From assembly GCA_951406725.2 (NCBI GenBank), contig OX597814.1, positions 192,076,001 through 192,140,000 of the forward strand: DNA of 64,000 bases, in the 5' to 3' direction. Positions 1-13,081 of this stretch are shown here, piece by piece. The notes below the pieces were generated by a model. That model was not told where the DNA came from. It did not search any database and was given only the letters and a program-made list of their open reading frames with translations. The DNA is from Octopus vulgaris (taxonomy: Eukaryota). Position 1 is the stretch's first letter. Each line of letters starts with the position of its first letter. Both the position numbers and the translations under genes were made by a program.

Positions 1-1889
1 TTCCCTCTTGTTTGTTTGTCAAATCACTATTAAGGATAAAATTTCGAAGAGAATGAAAAATAAAAACATGAATAGAAAAAATATGAATATACGTGTGTGT
101 GTATGTATTTGTGTGTATGTGTGTGTGTGTGTGTGTGTTCAGTTCACCTGCGACAGCTCGGTGTCCTGTCCAGGTTGGGAACCTATACGCCATGGAAACC
201 GGCCTTCATGAGCCAGGTGTGGCTCAAGAAGGAAAAAACAATAAATATACATCTGCTTTCTGTCGCCTCTTTTAGCATTTTCCGACAAGTTGTAGTGCAC
301 CTGTAGCATCATCATCATCATCGTTTAACATCTGCTTTCAATGCTGGCATGGGTTAATAACCAATTATTAGATTTCTTTTCTTTTTCTCTCTGAATATAT
401 AAGTTTGTCACAGAAGGAGGGACAGCACCCTTTACTTTGTAAGCGCTCCTAAACTCATGAAATCAATGCAGCTGATGCACAGTCTGAACATCATCATCAA
501 CATCATCATCATCACCACCATCATAATTATTATCATCGTTGTTGTCATCGTCGTTGTCATCGTTATCATAGTCATCATTGCATCGTTGTTGTCTTCGTCA
601 TCGTCGTCATCACCATCATCATTATCAGTATTATCATCATCACTGAGATGGAGTTTGTTGACGCAGATTTTCTATGGCCTGATACATTTTCTGTTGCCAA
701 ACCCCTTACCTATTTACCAGTAAGATTAGGCAGACTTTAAACAACGGCAATGATGATGATGATGATGATGATGATATATTTATATCATAGTAGTAGGGAA
801 TATAGTTCCAAAACTTACAGGGAAAAATTCAGTTAAACAATTTTAAATCAAATTTCACAATATATAATATATGTATAGAATTTAGAAAAAAACCACTATT
901 AAACAATTCAATAAAGAAAAATGTTATTCACACCATATAGAAACTATAATAATTCTAAATACGATTATAATATAAAAGATTATAATATAAATGATTCCTA
1001 TATTCTACCAAATTTATTTGACAAAGCTTTGGTCAGCCCAAGGCTATAGCAGAAGACACTTTCCCAAGGTGCCATTCAGTGGGAATGAACTCAAATCATC
1101 ATGGACAGTTTCTTAATCACCCAGCCTTAACATCTGCAATTTATTCCCTACAGGAAAGACATTGGCAAGGTGGGAGAGCCAGATGGTGGGAGAACGGGGC
1201 TGTTCCAAATACTTCCAGTTGAGTGAACATCACTGAGGACAACCAATGACTAGATGATGAGGTGGCATTAAACCGAGAGATATGCACTCAGCCACTTTCC
1301 TCTCCACCAGTATTCACCTCCTGTTCTGGTTGTAGTTGTTACTGTTATTAAATAACAACCTTGTCATTTATGATCGAAATATCCTGTTGCATAGGTTTAA
1401 TCAATACTAGGCTTAGCCTGTTACAACTCAAGTTTCAAACATATGAGAGGAAAATTACTATCCTTAAGCAAGATAATTAGCTCCTACATATTGCTTCAGC
1501 TGGCTCACTCACCTCCTTGAAAAAATATAAGTACACTTGTGCGCTGATAAGTGCTCTCACCTATGATAATGAGCTTATTGAGTAGAGTACTTATTGAGTA
1601 CAACAACAGATCAGAAAAGAGTAAAACATGGAGCGGGATGTGGCAATAAGCCAAATAAAGAAAGATGGCAAGAATGCTGAAAAGTGTAAGCATTACAGAT
1701 GGGGTAAAACAAATTAAGATAAATATATGAACAGTGTAAGATCTATGTTCATGTTATGGTATACTTTTACTAAATTTGATAGGATCCAATGTTGACTATT
1801 TTTTTGTTTGTTTGTTTGTTTGTCAAGGAATGATATAGAGATTTGAATTAATTCCCTTTCAGAGAGAGAAATTAAAAGAAAAACTGAAC

Positions 1890-1927
<38 letters not shown>

Positions 1928-1995
1928 TGATGATAATGATGAAGATAATAATAATGATGATGATAATAATAATGATGATGATAATAATAATAATG

Positions 1996-2050
<55 letters not shown>

Positions 2051-2130
2051 TGATGATAATGATGATGATAATGATGAAGATAATAATAATGATGATGATA
2101 ATAATAATGATGATGATAATAATAATAATG

Positions 2131-2196
<66 letters not shown>
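1890..2196. repeat. (AAT)n/(GAT) compound microsatellite
   Basis: Directly visible. It gives rise to the poly-I and poly-L ORFs. Confidence 0.97.
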
Positions 2197-2198
<2 letters not shown>

Positions 2199-2530
2199 CG
2201 GCTCAATTAACTGGAACAGCTCAATTAACTGGAATGGCTCAATTAACTGGAATGGCTCATGTACTGAGAAGAGCATTAATTAACTGGAACGGCTCATGTA
2301 CTGAAAAGAGCATTAATTAACTGGAACGGCTCATGTACTGAGAAGAGCATTATCGCTGTGAAAACAACATCCATCCATGAATTTATTTATTTATTAATTT
2401 TTAAATACATATTTTATCTGTGAATTTGCATGTGTAATCTGGGAATGCATACAATGAGCTTCTCTGCCCTAGGTGTACGGAAAACACTCGGTGAGAAACG
2501 GAAAAAAATTTGAAGAAAGAAGGAAAAAAC
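2197..2530 (-). mobile_element. 3' end of a (TAA)n-associated retroelement with stuttered terminal repeats
   Basis: It is the reverse complement of 24480-24680. Both copies are embedded in (AAT)n tracts, and this one has 18- and 37-bp terminal stutters. Confidence 0.6.
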
Positions 2531-2567
<37 letters not shown>

Positions 2568-2828
2568 AATTATTGTATACAGTGCTCAGGTGCACCACAA
2601 CTTGTTAAAAGTGTGTATAAAGTATATGCAGTAATGTACAAACTGTGAACAGTGTATGTGCCAGATACATGCTTGTGTGTGTATGGAGGGGAGAAAATCA
2701 GGTGTAGTGTTGGCGAATCTCAGGAAGCATGGAAGTTTTGAAGGATGCAGTGCTCCGACAACTATGTAGTACTGAAACTCAGCAGACATACATGCATGCA
2801 TACATACATACATACATACATACATACA

Positions 2829-2864
<36 letters not shown>

Positions 2865-3110
2865 CACATATGTGTCATCGTCATCTTTTAACGTCCGTTT
2901 TCTATGCTGGCATGGGTTGGACGGTTTGACTGAGGTCTGGCAAGCCAGGAGTCTGCACCAGACTCCAATCTAATCCGGCAATGTTTCTATAGCCGGGTGC
3001 CCTTCCTAATGTCAGCCACTCCAAGAGTGTAGTGGATGCTTTTTTACATACCACCGGCACAGGAGCCAGCTAGGCGGACCTGGCATCGATCACAGTGCTT
3101 TTTACGTGCA

Positions 3111-3350
3111 GGTGCATGGCTTAGTGGTTAGAGTGCTGTACTTACGATCATAAGATTGTGGTTTCGATTCCTGGACTTGTCATATTCTTGAGCGAAACAC
3201 TTCATTTCACATTGCTCCAGTCCACTCAGCTGGCAAAAATGAGTAATCCTGTGATGGACTGACATCCTGTCCAGGTGGGGTATATATACACCATGGAAAC
3301 AGGGAAACCAGCGCTTCTGAGTTAGCATGAGTTCAGAAGGTAACTTTACC
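3111..3350 (+). mobile_element. tRNA-derived SINE family B (GGCGCGTGGCTTAGTGGTTAG head)
   Basis: Box A (TGGCTTAGTGG) and box B-like (GTTTCGATTCC) motifs plus the core CTTGAGCAAGACACTTTATTTCAC...CTCCAGTCCACTCAGCTG. Other copies lie at about 9369-9685, 18030-18335, 33433-33660, 34200-34475(-), 46560-46700(-), 49805-50320 and 57650-57860(-). Confidence 0.85.
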
Positions 3351-3387
3351 TTTACCTATATGTGTGTGTATGTATATGTGTATATAA

Positions 3388-3443
<56 letters not shown>

Positions 3444-3500
3444 TTATAGTAGGGAATATAAAATTCCAAGGCAACAGGGGAAAACAAACTCAATTTAGTA

Positions 3501-3740
3501 ATACTAAATCAAATTTCACAATATATTAAATATATCTAGAATTAAGAGATAGAACCTCTATAAAGTAATTCAATTAATGCTGAAAGATATTATATAAATT
3601 TAAATAGAAATTTTTAGTAAAATGTTAATAATAATATATTTAAATTTATATATCTTTCAGTATTAATTGAATTACTTTATAGAAGTTCTATCTCTTAATT
3701 CTAGATATATTTAATATATTGTGAAATTTGATTTAGTATA
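3501..3740. repeat. AT-rich fold-back insert (about 105-bp arms, 30-bp spacer) inside a (TA)n tract
   Basis: 3501-3606 is the near-perfect reverse complement of 3637-3740. A related sequence occurs at 790-1000. Confidence 0.85.
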
Positions 3741-3751
3741 TATATATATAT

Positions 3752-4120
3752 TCTCTTTTACTCTTTTACTTGTTTCAATCATTTGACTGCGGCCATGCTG
3801 GAGCACCACCTTTAGTTGAGCAAATCAACCCCAGGACTTATTCTTGGTAAGCCTAGTACTTATTCTATCAGTCTCTTTTACTGAACCGCTAAGTTATGGA
3901 GACATAAACACACCACCATCGGTTGTCAAGCAATGTTGGGGGGACAAACAGAGACACACAAACAAATACACATACATATATATATATACATATATACGAT
4001 GGGCTTCTTTCAGTTTCCGTCTACCAAATCCACTCACAAGGCTTTGGTTGGCCTGAGGCTATAGTAGAAGACTCTTGCCCAAGGTGCCACGCAGTGGAAA
4101 TGAACCCGGAACCATGTGGT
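3752..4120 (-). mobile_element. tRNA-derived SINE family A (about 430 bp, internal (CA)/(TA) tract)
   Basis: Matches the family consensus GGCGCAGGAGTGGCTGTGTGGTAAG...GGTTCAGTCCC...CCTTGGGCAAGTGTCTT...GACTGAAACAAGTAAAAGAGTA, seen about 20 times in the window. Confidence 0.9.
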
Positions 4121-4571
<451 letters not shown>

Positions 4572-4574
<3 letters not shown>

Positions 4575-5240
4575 AATATAAGAGAGTGTTCACTATATTG
4601 ATCACTCTAGCACCAGTTAATCCAAGAGGTTTCAACCACGAAAAATATATGTTTCCCATGAAAGCCGGTACGACTGTTAGTTCACACGGACAGGGCAAAT
4701 AAAAAATAACAAAAATACAGATTATCTTGGGACAATTGTTTCGCTATTAATGAATTTGGCGCGCTGTTGGTTGGGGCATTTGAATTATAACGTCCGATGT
4801 AATCAATTGAACCGCACGCGTAATTATCATTATGGTAAAATCTGGCGTGTGATTGAGTGGATTTCATCAAGATAGCCTTGGCTGAAGAGCTACAAATGGA
4901 TTGCTGTAAGTAATATTACATTTAATTCATTAATAGCGAAACAATTGTCCCAAGATAATCTGTATTTTTGTTATTTTTTATTTGCCCTGTCCGTGTGAAC
5001 TAACAGTCGTACCGGCTTTCATGGGAAACATATATTTTCGTGGTTGAAACCTCTTGGATTAACTGGTGCTAGAGTGATCAATATAGTGAACACTCTCTTA
5101 TATTTATTTTGTGAAAATATTATAATATGTTATAAAATATTATAATAATCCAGGTTTCTCGTAGCACTGGGCCACTTGGTGTGGAATAAATATACTATTA
5201 AATTAGTATCTAATTCTCTCACCCTTATTAATTAATTATA
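4572..5240 (+). mobile_element. Penelope-type pseudo-LTR insert with a 5' inverted arm and a hammerhead ribozyme
   Basis: 4572-4756 is the reverse complement of 4924-5109. The insert is flanked by (TA)n on both sides and contains a hammerhead core. Confidence 0.75.
4877..4954 (+). ncRNA. Type I hammerhead ribozyme (intact core, extended helix II)
   Basis: CTTGG-CTGAAGA-GCTA[41 nt]TAGC-GAAAC-AATT-GTC-CCAAG. Helix I is CUUGG/CCAAG, helix II is GCUA/UAGC, helix III is the palindrome ACAAUUGU, and the cleavage triplet is GUC. Confidence 0.85.
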
Positions 5241-5362
5241 TATATATATATATATATACTCTTTTATTCTTTTCAGTCCATGCTGGAGCATCGCCCTTAG
5301 TCAAACCAAGTGACCCCAGGACTTATTCTTTGTCAGACTAATAATTATTCTATCAGTCGAAC

Positions 5363-5393
<31 letters not shown>

Positions 5394-5404
5394 TCTATCA
5401 GTCG

Positions 5405-5453
<49 letters not shown>

Positions 5454-5459
5454 GTATAA

Positions 5460-8040
5460 TTCAGGTAAAACCCTCATTATGCACAGTTAAGAGCTCTTAT
5501 GTAGTTATTTGGCTACCACATGTTATCCTACAGTATGGTATATTCCAGGGCTGGATACACATGTGGAACTCCTCTTTGTATAAGATTGATATAGGAATAA
5601 TATAACATGCAGATAGAGAATAACAAGGTTTAATAGTAGATCACAGCATTTGTTTCTGCACCGCACACCAGCCTTAAGTTGCTGAGCTTATATTTATGTG
5701 TGTATATATATTAATGTATAGGAAAATGTGTTGTTGAAAATGCTCTTAAATTTCAAAAACTTGTAAATGTTTAAAATATATTTATTTACATATATACCAA
5801 ACTAGTTTCAACAATATTTTTTGTTTATCAATGGTAAAAGTGTAAAATTAGAAAAACATTGTTATAAGTTTCAATGTTGACAAATCAAAATGTTTCAATG
5901 TTGGTAAATTATCATGCTCAAAACAGAAGGTGTAAGTTTGAAATTAAAACTGTATATTAATTTGTTAGAATGTACAAGGTTCATTAATTTCAGTGCTGGT
6001 CGACTAGTCATACTGAAAAAGAACAGTGTAAGAATTGAAATAGTAAAAACAGTGGGGAAATTACAGTTTCTCAGATCTTTAAACAGTCATTTCCGCTTGC
6101 AATGGTATGTTTTAGGGAAAGATGTATTTATAAATTTTTTTTCTGCTAGCGGATCTGATTTTGATTTGTTAAAAAACTGATGAAGTTTTCTTCTGTGGTC
6201 AAGCTTGGCTTTCTGCTTGGTTGATTTCCTTGCAGGATACAGTTATATGTTGTTCCGGCTGGTTGGTTTTCTTTAAAGGCTTTTCATTGTATTCGTTGAA
6301 GTTCGGTTTTAATTGGTTTGGAATTATGTGAAGTCAGCAACTGGTGTTTGTGGAATTTCCTTGGACTGGAGGTGGGTGACGTCAGCACCTTGTGTTTGTG
6401 TGGCGAATTGGAGCTGCGGTTTCGAAACCCTGGTGGAAGATTGTTACTAAAATTTCATTGTTTTTTTGCGTTGAAATTGGGTGTTTTTTCTCTTCTTTAT
6501 ACTACTTTTTCTTCTTTCTAAAGGATATTTAGCTGTGGTTTATATTTTTTAATCAGTATGTTTTCCTTATTTAAATGGAATTGGGTTGAAGTGTTTCCAG
6601 TGCATTGATAGAGAGGGAAGATTTGGTATTTAGGGTTTTTGTCTACAGGGCATTGGTCTAGGTGCTGGCTAACGGGAATTTTCCTAGTTGAGAGGTCCTG
6701 GATTTGTTGTCTGTGCACCGTCAGTCTATCCCTCAAAGTCAAGCTTGTTTAACCAATGTAGTCTCCACCACAACCTCCACATTTAAGAACATAGATTAAG
6801 TCTTTAGAAGCACAGGTGAAGTCATGTTTTATGGTAAAAGTTAGGCCTGACTTAAATTTGTATGTTGAGCTCTCTAAGAGAAAGGTGCAAGTTCCGCATT
6901 TAGGGCGGCTGCATTTTTTGACATGTGGGGTTGTATTTTTGGTGGGTAATTTGGCACTGGTGAGTAATTTTATTAGAGATTGTGGTTGTCTCTTGCTTTT
7001 AATAATCCTATGTGTTTCCAGTGCCTTTTTTATTCGTGGGTCCTTCATAAGGATGTGTATGTTTTGGTGGATGATGTTGTATGCTTCCTGGTTTCTTGAA
7101 TTGTGTGTTGATATGTAAGATAGAGTTTTAAGTGTCATGGTGTTTTCTTGTTTTCCATAACTCTTGGCTGTCTATCATTTTTGCACATTCTATTCCATTT
7201 TTGATTAAACTGATCGGGTGTTTTCTATCTAGTAATGAGGTTTTAAGTTCTTGGAGTCGCTTTTCTTGGGTTTCGGGATTTGATGCAATCGTGCAAATTC
7301 TTCTCGCTAAGTTGAACGGTATATTTATTTTAGTATGTTTTGGGTGGCAAGAGGAGAATAGAAGATATTGTTTTGAGTCTGTTGGTTTGAAGAAGATGTC
7401 GGTTTCAATCTCAGTATCTCTCTTTATTATTAAGATGTCCAGGAAGGGTAGTTGTTGGTGGTTGTATTCCATAGTGAATTGGATACTGTGATTAATGCTG
7501 TTGATTAAGTTTTTAAACTCTGTGAGTTGTTCAATGTTATGAAGCCAAAGGATGAAACAGTCATCCAGATAGTGTTTCCAGTTGGTAAGTAGGTATTTTT
7601 GGAAATTTTCCCCAAATTTTAACCTTGCGTGTTCATATATTTGGACTTCCAAGTTAGCCATGACAAGGTTGGCAAAAGTAGGCGCTACCTTCGTTCCCAT
7701 CACCGTGCCTGATTTTTGTCTATAAGTGTTTTTGTTGAAATTGAAGAAGTTGTTCTGTAGAATGAACCTTATTCCTTCAATGATGAATTCTTTTCTGATT
7801 CTGTCAGGAATGTCATTTGGGAATTTTTTGCAGCCAGTATTGTTATTCCATATTCGTGAGGAATCGAGGTGTAGAGGTTTATTACATCAAATGAAACCAG
7901 GAGGGTATCTTTGCTGGTTTTGTTCAGGAGATGGTTTAAAAAAGTCCAGATCATCCCGTATAAAGCTCGGTATACGTTGGAGAATAGGTTTGAGGAGGAT
8001 GTCAATAAAATTACTAAGTCTGTGTCTCACAAGAGGGACC
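5460..8040 (-). mobile_element. Penelope-like element (Neptune-type), 5'-truncated and degenerate
   Basis: RT and GIY-YIG fragments followed by about 1 kb of 3' region ending at a (TA)n tract. Confidence 0.85.
6518..8005 (-). pseudogene. PLE reverse transcriptase plus GIY-YIG endonuclease (frameshifts and stops)
   Basis: Motifs SFDVINLYTSIP, MGTKVAPTFANLVM, HYLDDCF, LPFLDI and KPTDSKQYLLFSSCHP, a Cys linker KCSRPKCGTC, and LIYVLKC..C...YIG followed by RLTVHRQQI. Confidence 0.93.
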
Positions 8041-8057
8041 GGCCACAATTGGTCTCA

Positions 8058-8443
8058 TTTTACTTGTTTCAGTCATTTGACTGGGGCCATGCTGGAGCAC
8101 CCCCTTTACTCGAGCAAATCAACCCCAGGACATATTCTTTGTAAGCCTAGTACGTTTTTTATCGATCTCTTTTGCCAAACCACTAAGTTACGGGGGTCAT
8201 AAACACACCAGCGATGTCAAGCGATGTTGGGGGGACAAACATACACGCACACACACACACACATATATATATACATATATTCAACGGGCTTCTTTCAGTT
8301 TCCGTCTACCAAATCCACTCACAAGGCTTTGGTCGGCCTGAGGCTATAGTAGAAAACACTTGCTCGAGGTACCACACAGTGGGTCTGAACCCGGAACTAT
8401 GTGGTTGGTAAACAAACTACTTACCACACAGCCACTCCTACGT
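8058..8443 (-). mobile_element. SINE family A
   Basis: Full consensus match. Confidence 0.9.
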
Positions 8444-8678
8444 CTATAGTGAGATTTTGTAAATGTGGGCCACTGTCATACAAACTACTTCCTTCATTTC
8501 TAATGGATTCCATAAAAAAACATATCCGTCTAGCCATGGGAAAATATCACTTTGCTTGGAAACTGGTAGGGTTGCAATAGGAAGGGTAACCAGCCGTAGA
8601 AAATCTGCCTCAATGAATTCTATCTGATTCATGCAAGTGTGGAAAAGTGAATACTAAAACCATGCAGCTGCTGCCACT

Positions 8679-9054
8679 GAAGAAGAAGAAGAAGAAGAAG
8701 AAGAAGAAGAAGAAGAAGAAGAAGAAGAAGGAGGAGGAGGAGGAGGAGGAGGAGGAGGGGGAGGAGGAGGAGGAGAAGAAGAAGAAGAAGAAGAAGAAGG
8801 AGGAGGAGGAGGGGGAGAGGAGGGGGGAGAGGAGAAGAAGAAGAAGGAGGAGGAGAAGAAGACGAAGAAGAAGAAGGAGGAGGAGAAGACGAAGAAGAAG
8901 GAGGAGGAGGAGAAGAAGAAGTAGAAGAAGAAGAAGAAGAAGAAGAAGAAGAAGAAGAAGAAGAAGAAGATGAAGAAGGAGAAGAAGGAGGAGAAAAAGA
9001 AGAAGAAGAAGAAGAAGAAGAAGAAGAAGAAGAAGAAGAAGAAGAAGAAGAAGA
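8679..9054. repeat. (GAA)n/(GGA)n polypurine microsatellite
   Basis: Directly visible. Confidence 0.97.
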
Positions 9055-9368
9055 CTTGCCTCTTCACCCTGTAGCATTTAGACTGGCCATATCTGGCCCA
9101 AATATGCCTCTTGTTCAAAGTTCAAATAAGCCAGGTCTATCCTCTGACACCTATCCCATAATCTCATCCCAAAAATTGACAATAAACATCATCGAAATCT
9201 CAAAGCGATTAAGACAATACACGACTTATTCAAAACAATATGAATAAACAAGCCTTACGCTTAGCAGAGTAATTTGAACACGAAAGGGTTAAGCACACGT
9301 CTTTCTGTTTGTTTTTTTTTAAATTGGAAGCATATTTTGATAGTGCTTATAGTTGATGTCTATGTGAG

Positions 9369-9685
9369 GGCGCGTGGCTTAGTGGTTAGGGCATTCGGCT
9401 CATGATCGTAAGGTTGTGAGTTCGATTCCCGGCGATGCGTTGTGTCCTTGAGCAAGACACTTTATTTCACGTTGCTCCAGTCCACTCAGCTGGCAAAAAT
9501 GAGTTGTACTTGTATTTCAAAGGGTCAGCCTTGTCACTCTCTGTGTCACGCTGATTATCCCCGAGAACTACGTTAAGGGTACACGTGTCTGTGGAATGCT
9601 CAGCCATTTGCACGTTAATTTCACGAGCAAGCTGTTCCGTTGATCGTATCAGCTGGGACCCTCGTCGTCGTAACCGGCGGAGTCT
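9369..9685 (+). mobile_element. SINE family B, CpG-intact copy
   Basis: tRNA-like head with GAGTTCGATTCC. The sequence ttatagttgatgtct is repeated on both sides and looks like a TSD. Confidence 0.88.
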
Positions 9686-10083
9686 TTTTTTTTTATAGTT
9701 GATGTCTGTATATATGACGTATTTTACAGGTAACTGGTAACCTAGCACGGCCTGTTGCATGACGGGAATATGTAGTGTTAACTGATCCAGAAACGTTTGA
9801 GTTTTGCTGTCAATGTCACCTGGAATGTACAAATCAATGAGAGAGCCTCTATGCGGTCAAGTATCTGCTAGAAGTAGCAGCCGTATCTCCCCTGATTTAT
9901 ATCCTATCATTAAAATAGGAAATGAACGTTGGACAATGTAGTCCTGGTTTTTAAAAAAAAAAGAAAACAGAAAAGGTTGGATGGTCCTAGCTAGGATATC
10001 TTTGATCATAGGTCTGCTTAATCAGGACAGGAGGAAGTTAAACAACAGTAACTTGAGAACCTGTGGAAAGAGAAAAAACGAGG

Positions 10084-10084
<1 letters not shown>

Positions 10085-10160
<76 letters not shown>

Positions 10161-10460
10161 GGATGGATGGATGGATGGATGGATGGATGGATGGATGGAT
10201 GGATGGATGGATGGATGGATGGATGGATGGATGGACGGACGGACGGACGGACGGACGGACGGACGGACGGACGGACGGACGGACGGACGGACGGACGGAC
10301 GGACGGACAGACAGATAGATAAATAGATAGACAGATAGATAGATAGATAGATAGATGGACGGACGGACAGACAGACAGACAGATAGATAAATAGATAGAT
10401 AGATAGATAGACAGATAGACAGACAGACAGACAGACGGGTAGGTAGGTAGGTAGGTAGGT
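10085..10460. repeat. Compound tetranucleotide microsatellite (GATA)-(GATG)-(GACG)-(GACA)-(GGTA)
   Basis: Directly visible. Confidence 0.97.
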
Positions 10461-10559
10461 AAAGAGAGGGAGAGAGAGAGAAAGATTACATCAAGCTGCA
10501 GAAAAATAATTCCGTCTTCTATTACTTCATAGATTTTAATGGGTGTAAAGCCCGTCAGA

Positions 10560-11000
10560 TTGGACCTAAAGTTATAACTTAATTTCAGAAACTTCCAGTG
10601 ACGGAGAAAGAATTAAAACTATAACGTCTTAACACTCCTCACAGCAACACAACTTAGGAAAACTATCCCATTGACTTAACTGCTGACGCAGTCCATCGCC
10701 AGTTTCCTTGCATTCCGGATTTTATTTCATAAAATACCTAATATAACCTCTCCCGCCGTCTGCACTACGCCACAAACACCACCACCATCGTCACTTATAC
10801 AGCGCGCAATTATACACGCTCCAGTAAACACAACGCGAGCATATTTCTTTACAAGCTATATGCAGTGACAGCTGGGTCTCTCGCTAAAATCCCAGCTGCT
10901 ATTTCATGCATGTCTGCATGGCAAAACAGTTTAAAACTGAAATTCACTGATAAGTATTTTAAACGGTTTTTAATCAAAGGAAGACGATTGAACTGGTAAC
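10560..11000. promoter_or_regulatory. CpG-retaining unique sequence, possible promoter or enhancer
   Basis: Many CpGs (CAGCGCGC, AACGCGAG, CCCGCCG), and the neighbouring SINEs also keep their CpGs. Confidence 0.35.
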
Positions 11001-11229
11001 AAACAACATTCAACGTCTCATTCATTGGATAAGAACTGTTCTATGCAGTTAAATTTCCATTATTACCAGACCCCAACCTCTACTATCGTTACCACCATTA
11101 TCGTCATTATTACCATTTACCATCAGTTTCGTCATCATCGTCGTCATCACCACCAATACGACCATCACTACCATCACCACCACCACCAACAACAACAATA
11201 TCCATTCTCCTTTCCCACATCATTACCAA

Positions 11230-11460
11230 TTTCTTTATTACCCACAAGGGGCTAAACATAGAGGGGACAAACAAGGACAGACATAGGTATTAAGTCGATT
11301 ATATCGACCCCAGTGCGACATGGTACTTTATTTATCGACCCCGAATGGATGAAAGGCAAAGTCGACCTCGGCGGAATTTGAACTCAGAACGTAACGACAG
11401 ACGAAATACCGCTAAGCATTTCGCCCGGCGCGCTAACGTTTCTGCCAGCTCACCGCCTTA
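11230..11460 (-). mobile_element. SINE family C with a Meta/MESC-like central domain
   Basis: Core GAGTTCAAATTCCGCCGAGGTCGACTTTGCCTTTCATCC...GGGGTCGATAAATAAGTACC. Other copies lie at about 35598, 44533, 46325(-), 48587(-), 55355, 58503, 58815(-) and 60205(-). Confidence 0.85.
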
Positions 11461-12517
11461 TCATTACCACCACCACCACCACCATCATCACTACCATCAT
11501 TATCATCATTTTATTGCAGTTATTGTTTAGGCACAAGTTAGTCATTGTTTATTTTCAGAAACAAGTGTCCTTTGCACTACCATTATCCAGGATGTTAGAT
11601 GCAGTTAGAAAGAGATGTGACAGCTATTTCTAGGAGGCCAAGTGACCACTTAAAGCTGCACTTTGTTGTCTGTACCATTCTTCATTGTTGCCATGACGAT
11701 AGTGATAATGGTGATAGTAATGTTGAAGACGATGACGATGACAACATCATTTTCATCATCATTGTCATCACCATAACCACCATCATCATCATCATCATCA
11801 TCATTATCTTCGTCATCATCATCTTCATCGTCGTCATCATCATCATCATCATCATCATCTTATTTATCCAACCTTCTACCAAGTCACCAATCTCGTCATC
11901 TCTATACTAATTACTCCTTCCCCCCACACACCTGTAACACACACACCTGTAACGACAACTGCTTCCCTATACAATGTTGCATGTAGCATCCCTGTCAACA
12001 GGTGTATTGTCACATGTGTATGTATGTATGTGCTTGAATAAAGGTGTGTGTGTGTGTGTGTGTGTGTATGCAAGTATGTATGAATATGTGTAGATGTATG
12101 CGTATTTGTATAGGTATGTACAAATAAATATATCCAGGTATGTGTGCATATAAGCATGCAAGTCTATGGTCTATGAATGCATGCAAGTATGTATGTATGT
12201 ATGTATGTATGTATGACTATGTAGAGTTATGTATGATTACAGGTATATACACAGGTGTGTTTATGCATGTCTGCAGGAATACCTGTCTGTCCGTGCGCAT
12301 GTATGTGTGTACATATTTCATTATGTTGAACCTTTGATCCCTACACATTCTTTTCTCTCTCTGTTTTTTTTTTTTGAGGCCACTTGCTAGAGAGCCCATA
12401 GGCCAATGGGTTTAGGGTCTGAAGAAATGCTATAAAGTGGAGCATTTTATGGAAGTGAAACCCAGGGTAATCCCATAGACTGGCTGTATCTATCTTTATC
12501 TGTTTATCCATCCATCC

Positions 12518-12626
<109 letters not shown>

Positions 12627-13022
12627 TAGCAGCGTACGTACACTTTGGTCTCATATATATATATAAATATATATATGTATGTATGCATGTATGTATGTAG
12701 CCTCAGGCCAACCAAAGCCTTATAAGTGGATTTGGTAGAGGAAACTGAAAAAAGCCCGTCGTATATATGTATATATCTATATATATGTATGTGTGTGTAT
12801 ATGTTTGTGTGTCTGTGTTTGCCCCCCCCCCCCCAACATTGCTTGACAACCGATGCTGGTGTGTTTACGTCCCCGTATCGTAGCGGTTTGGCAAAAAGAA
12901 AAACCGACAGAATAAGTACTAGGCTTAAAAAGAATAAGTCTTGGGGTTGATTTGCTCAACTAAAGGCAGTGCTCCAGCATAGCACCAGTCAAATGACTGA
13001 AACAAATAAAAAAGTAAAAGAG

Positions 13023-13054
<32 letters not shown>

Positions 13055-13081
13055 GCAACATTTGAAGTTTTGTCTAGGTAT

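Noticed and set aside
1872-2283. Poly-I/L/M ORFs, and similar YI/HT/CV/K/R-rich ORFs throughout the window
   Set aside because: They are translations of microsatellites, not genes.
5641-5680. Possible hammerhead in the 3' region of the Penelope element (minus strand CTGGTG-TGC-GGT-GCA-GAAAC)
   Set aside because: The core is too degenerate and no helix I or cleavage triplet could be found.
6177-6230. CTGATGA hammerhead-like core (also at about 21645-, 23866, 38419-, 41303 and 52915)
   Set aside because: There is no properly placed GAAA or helices I-III.
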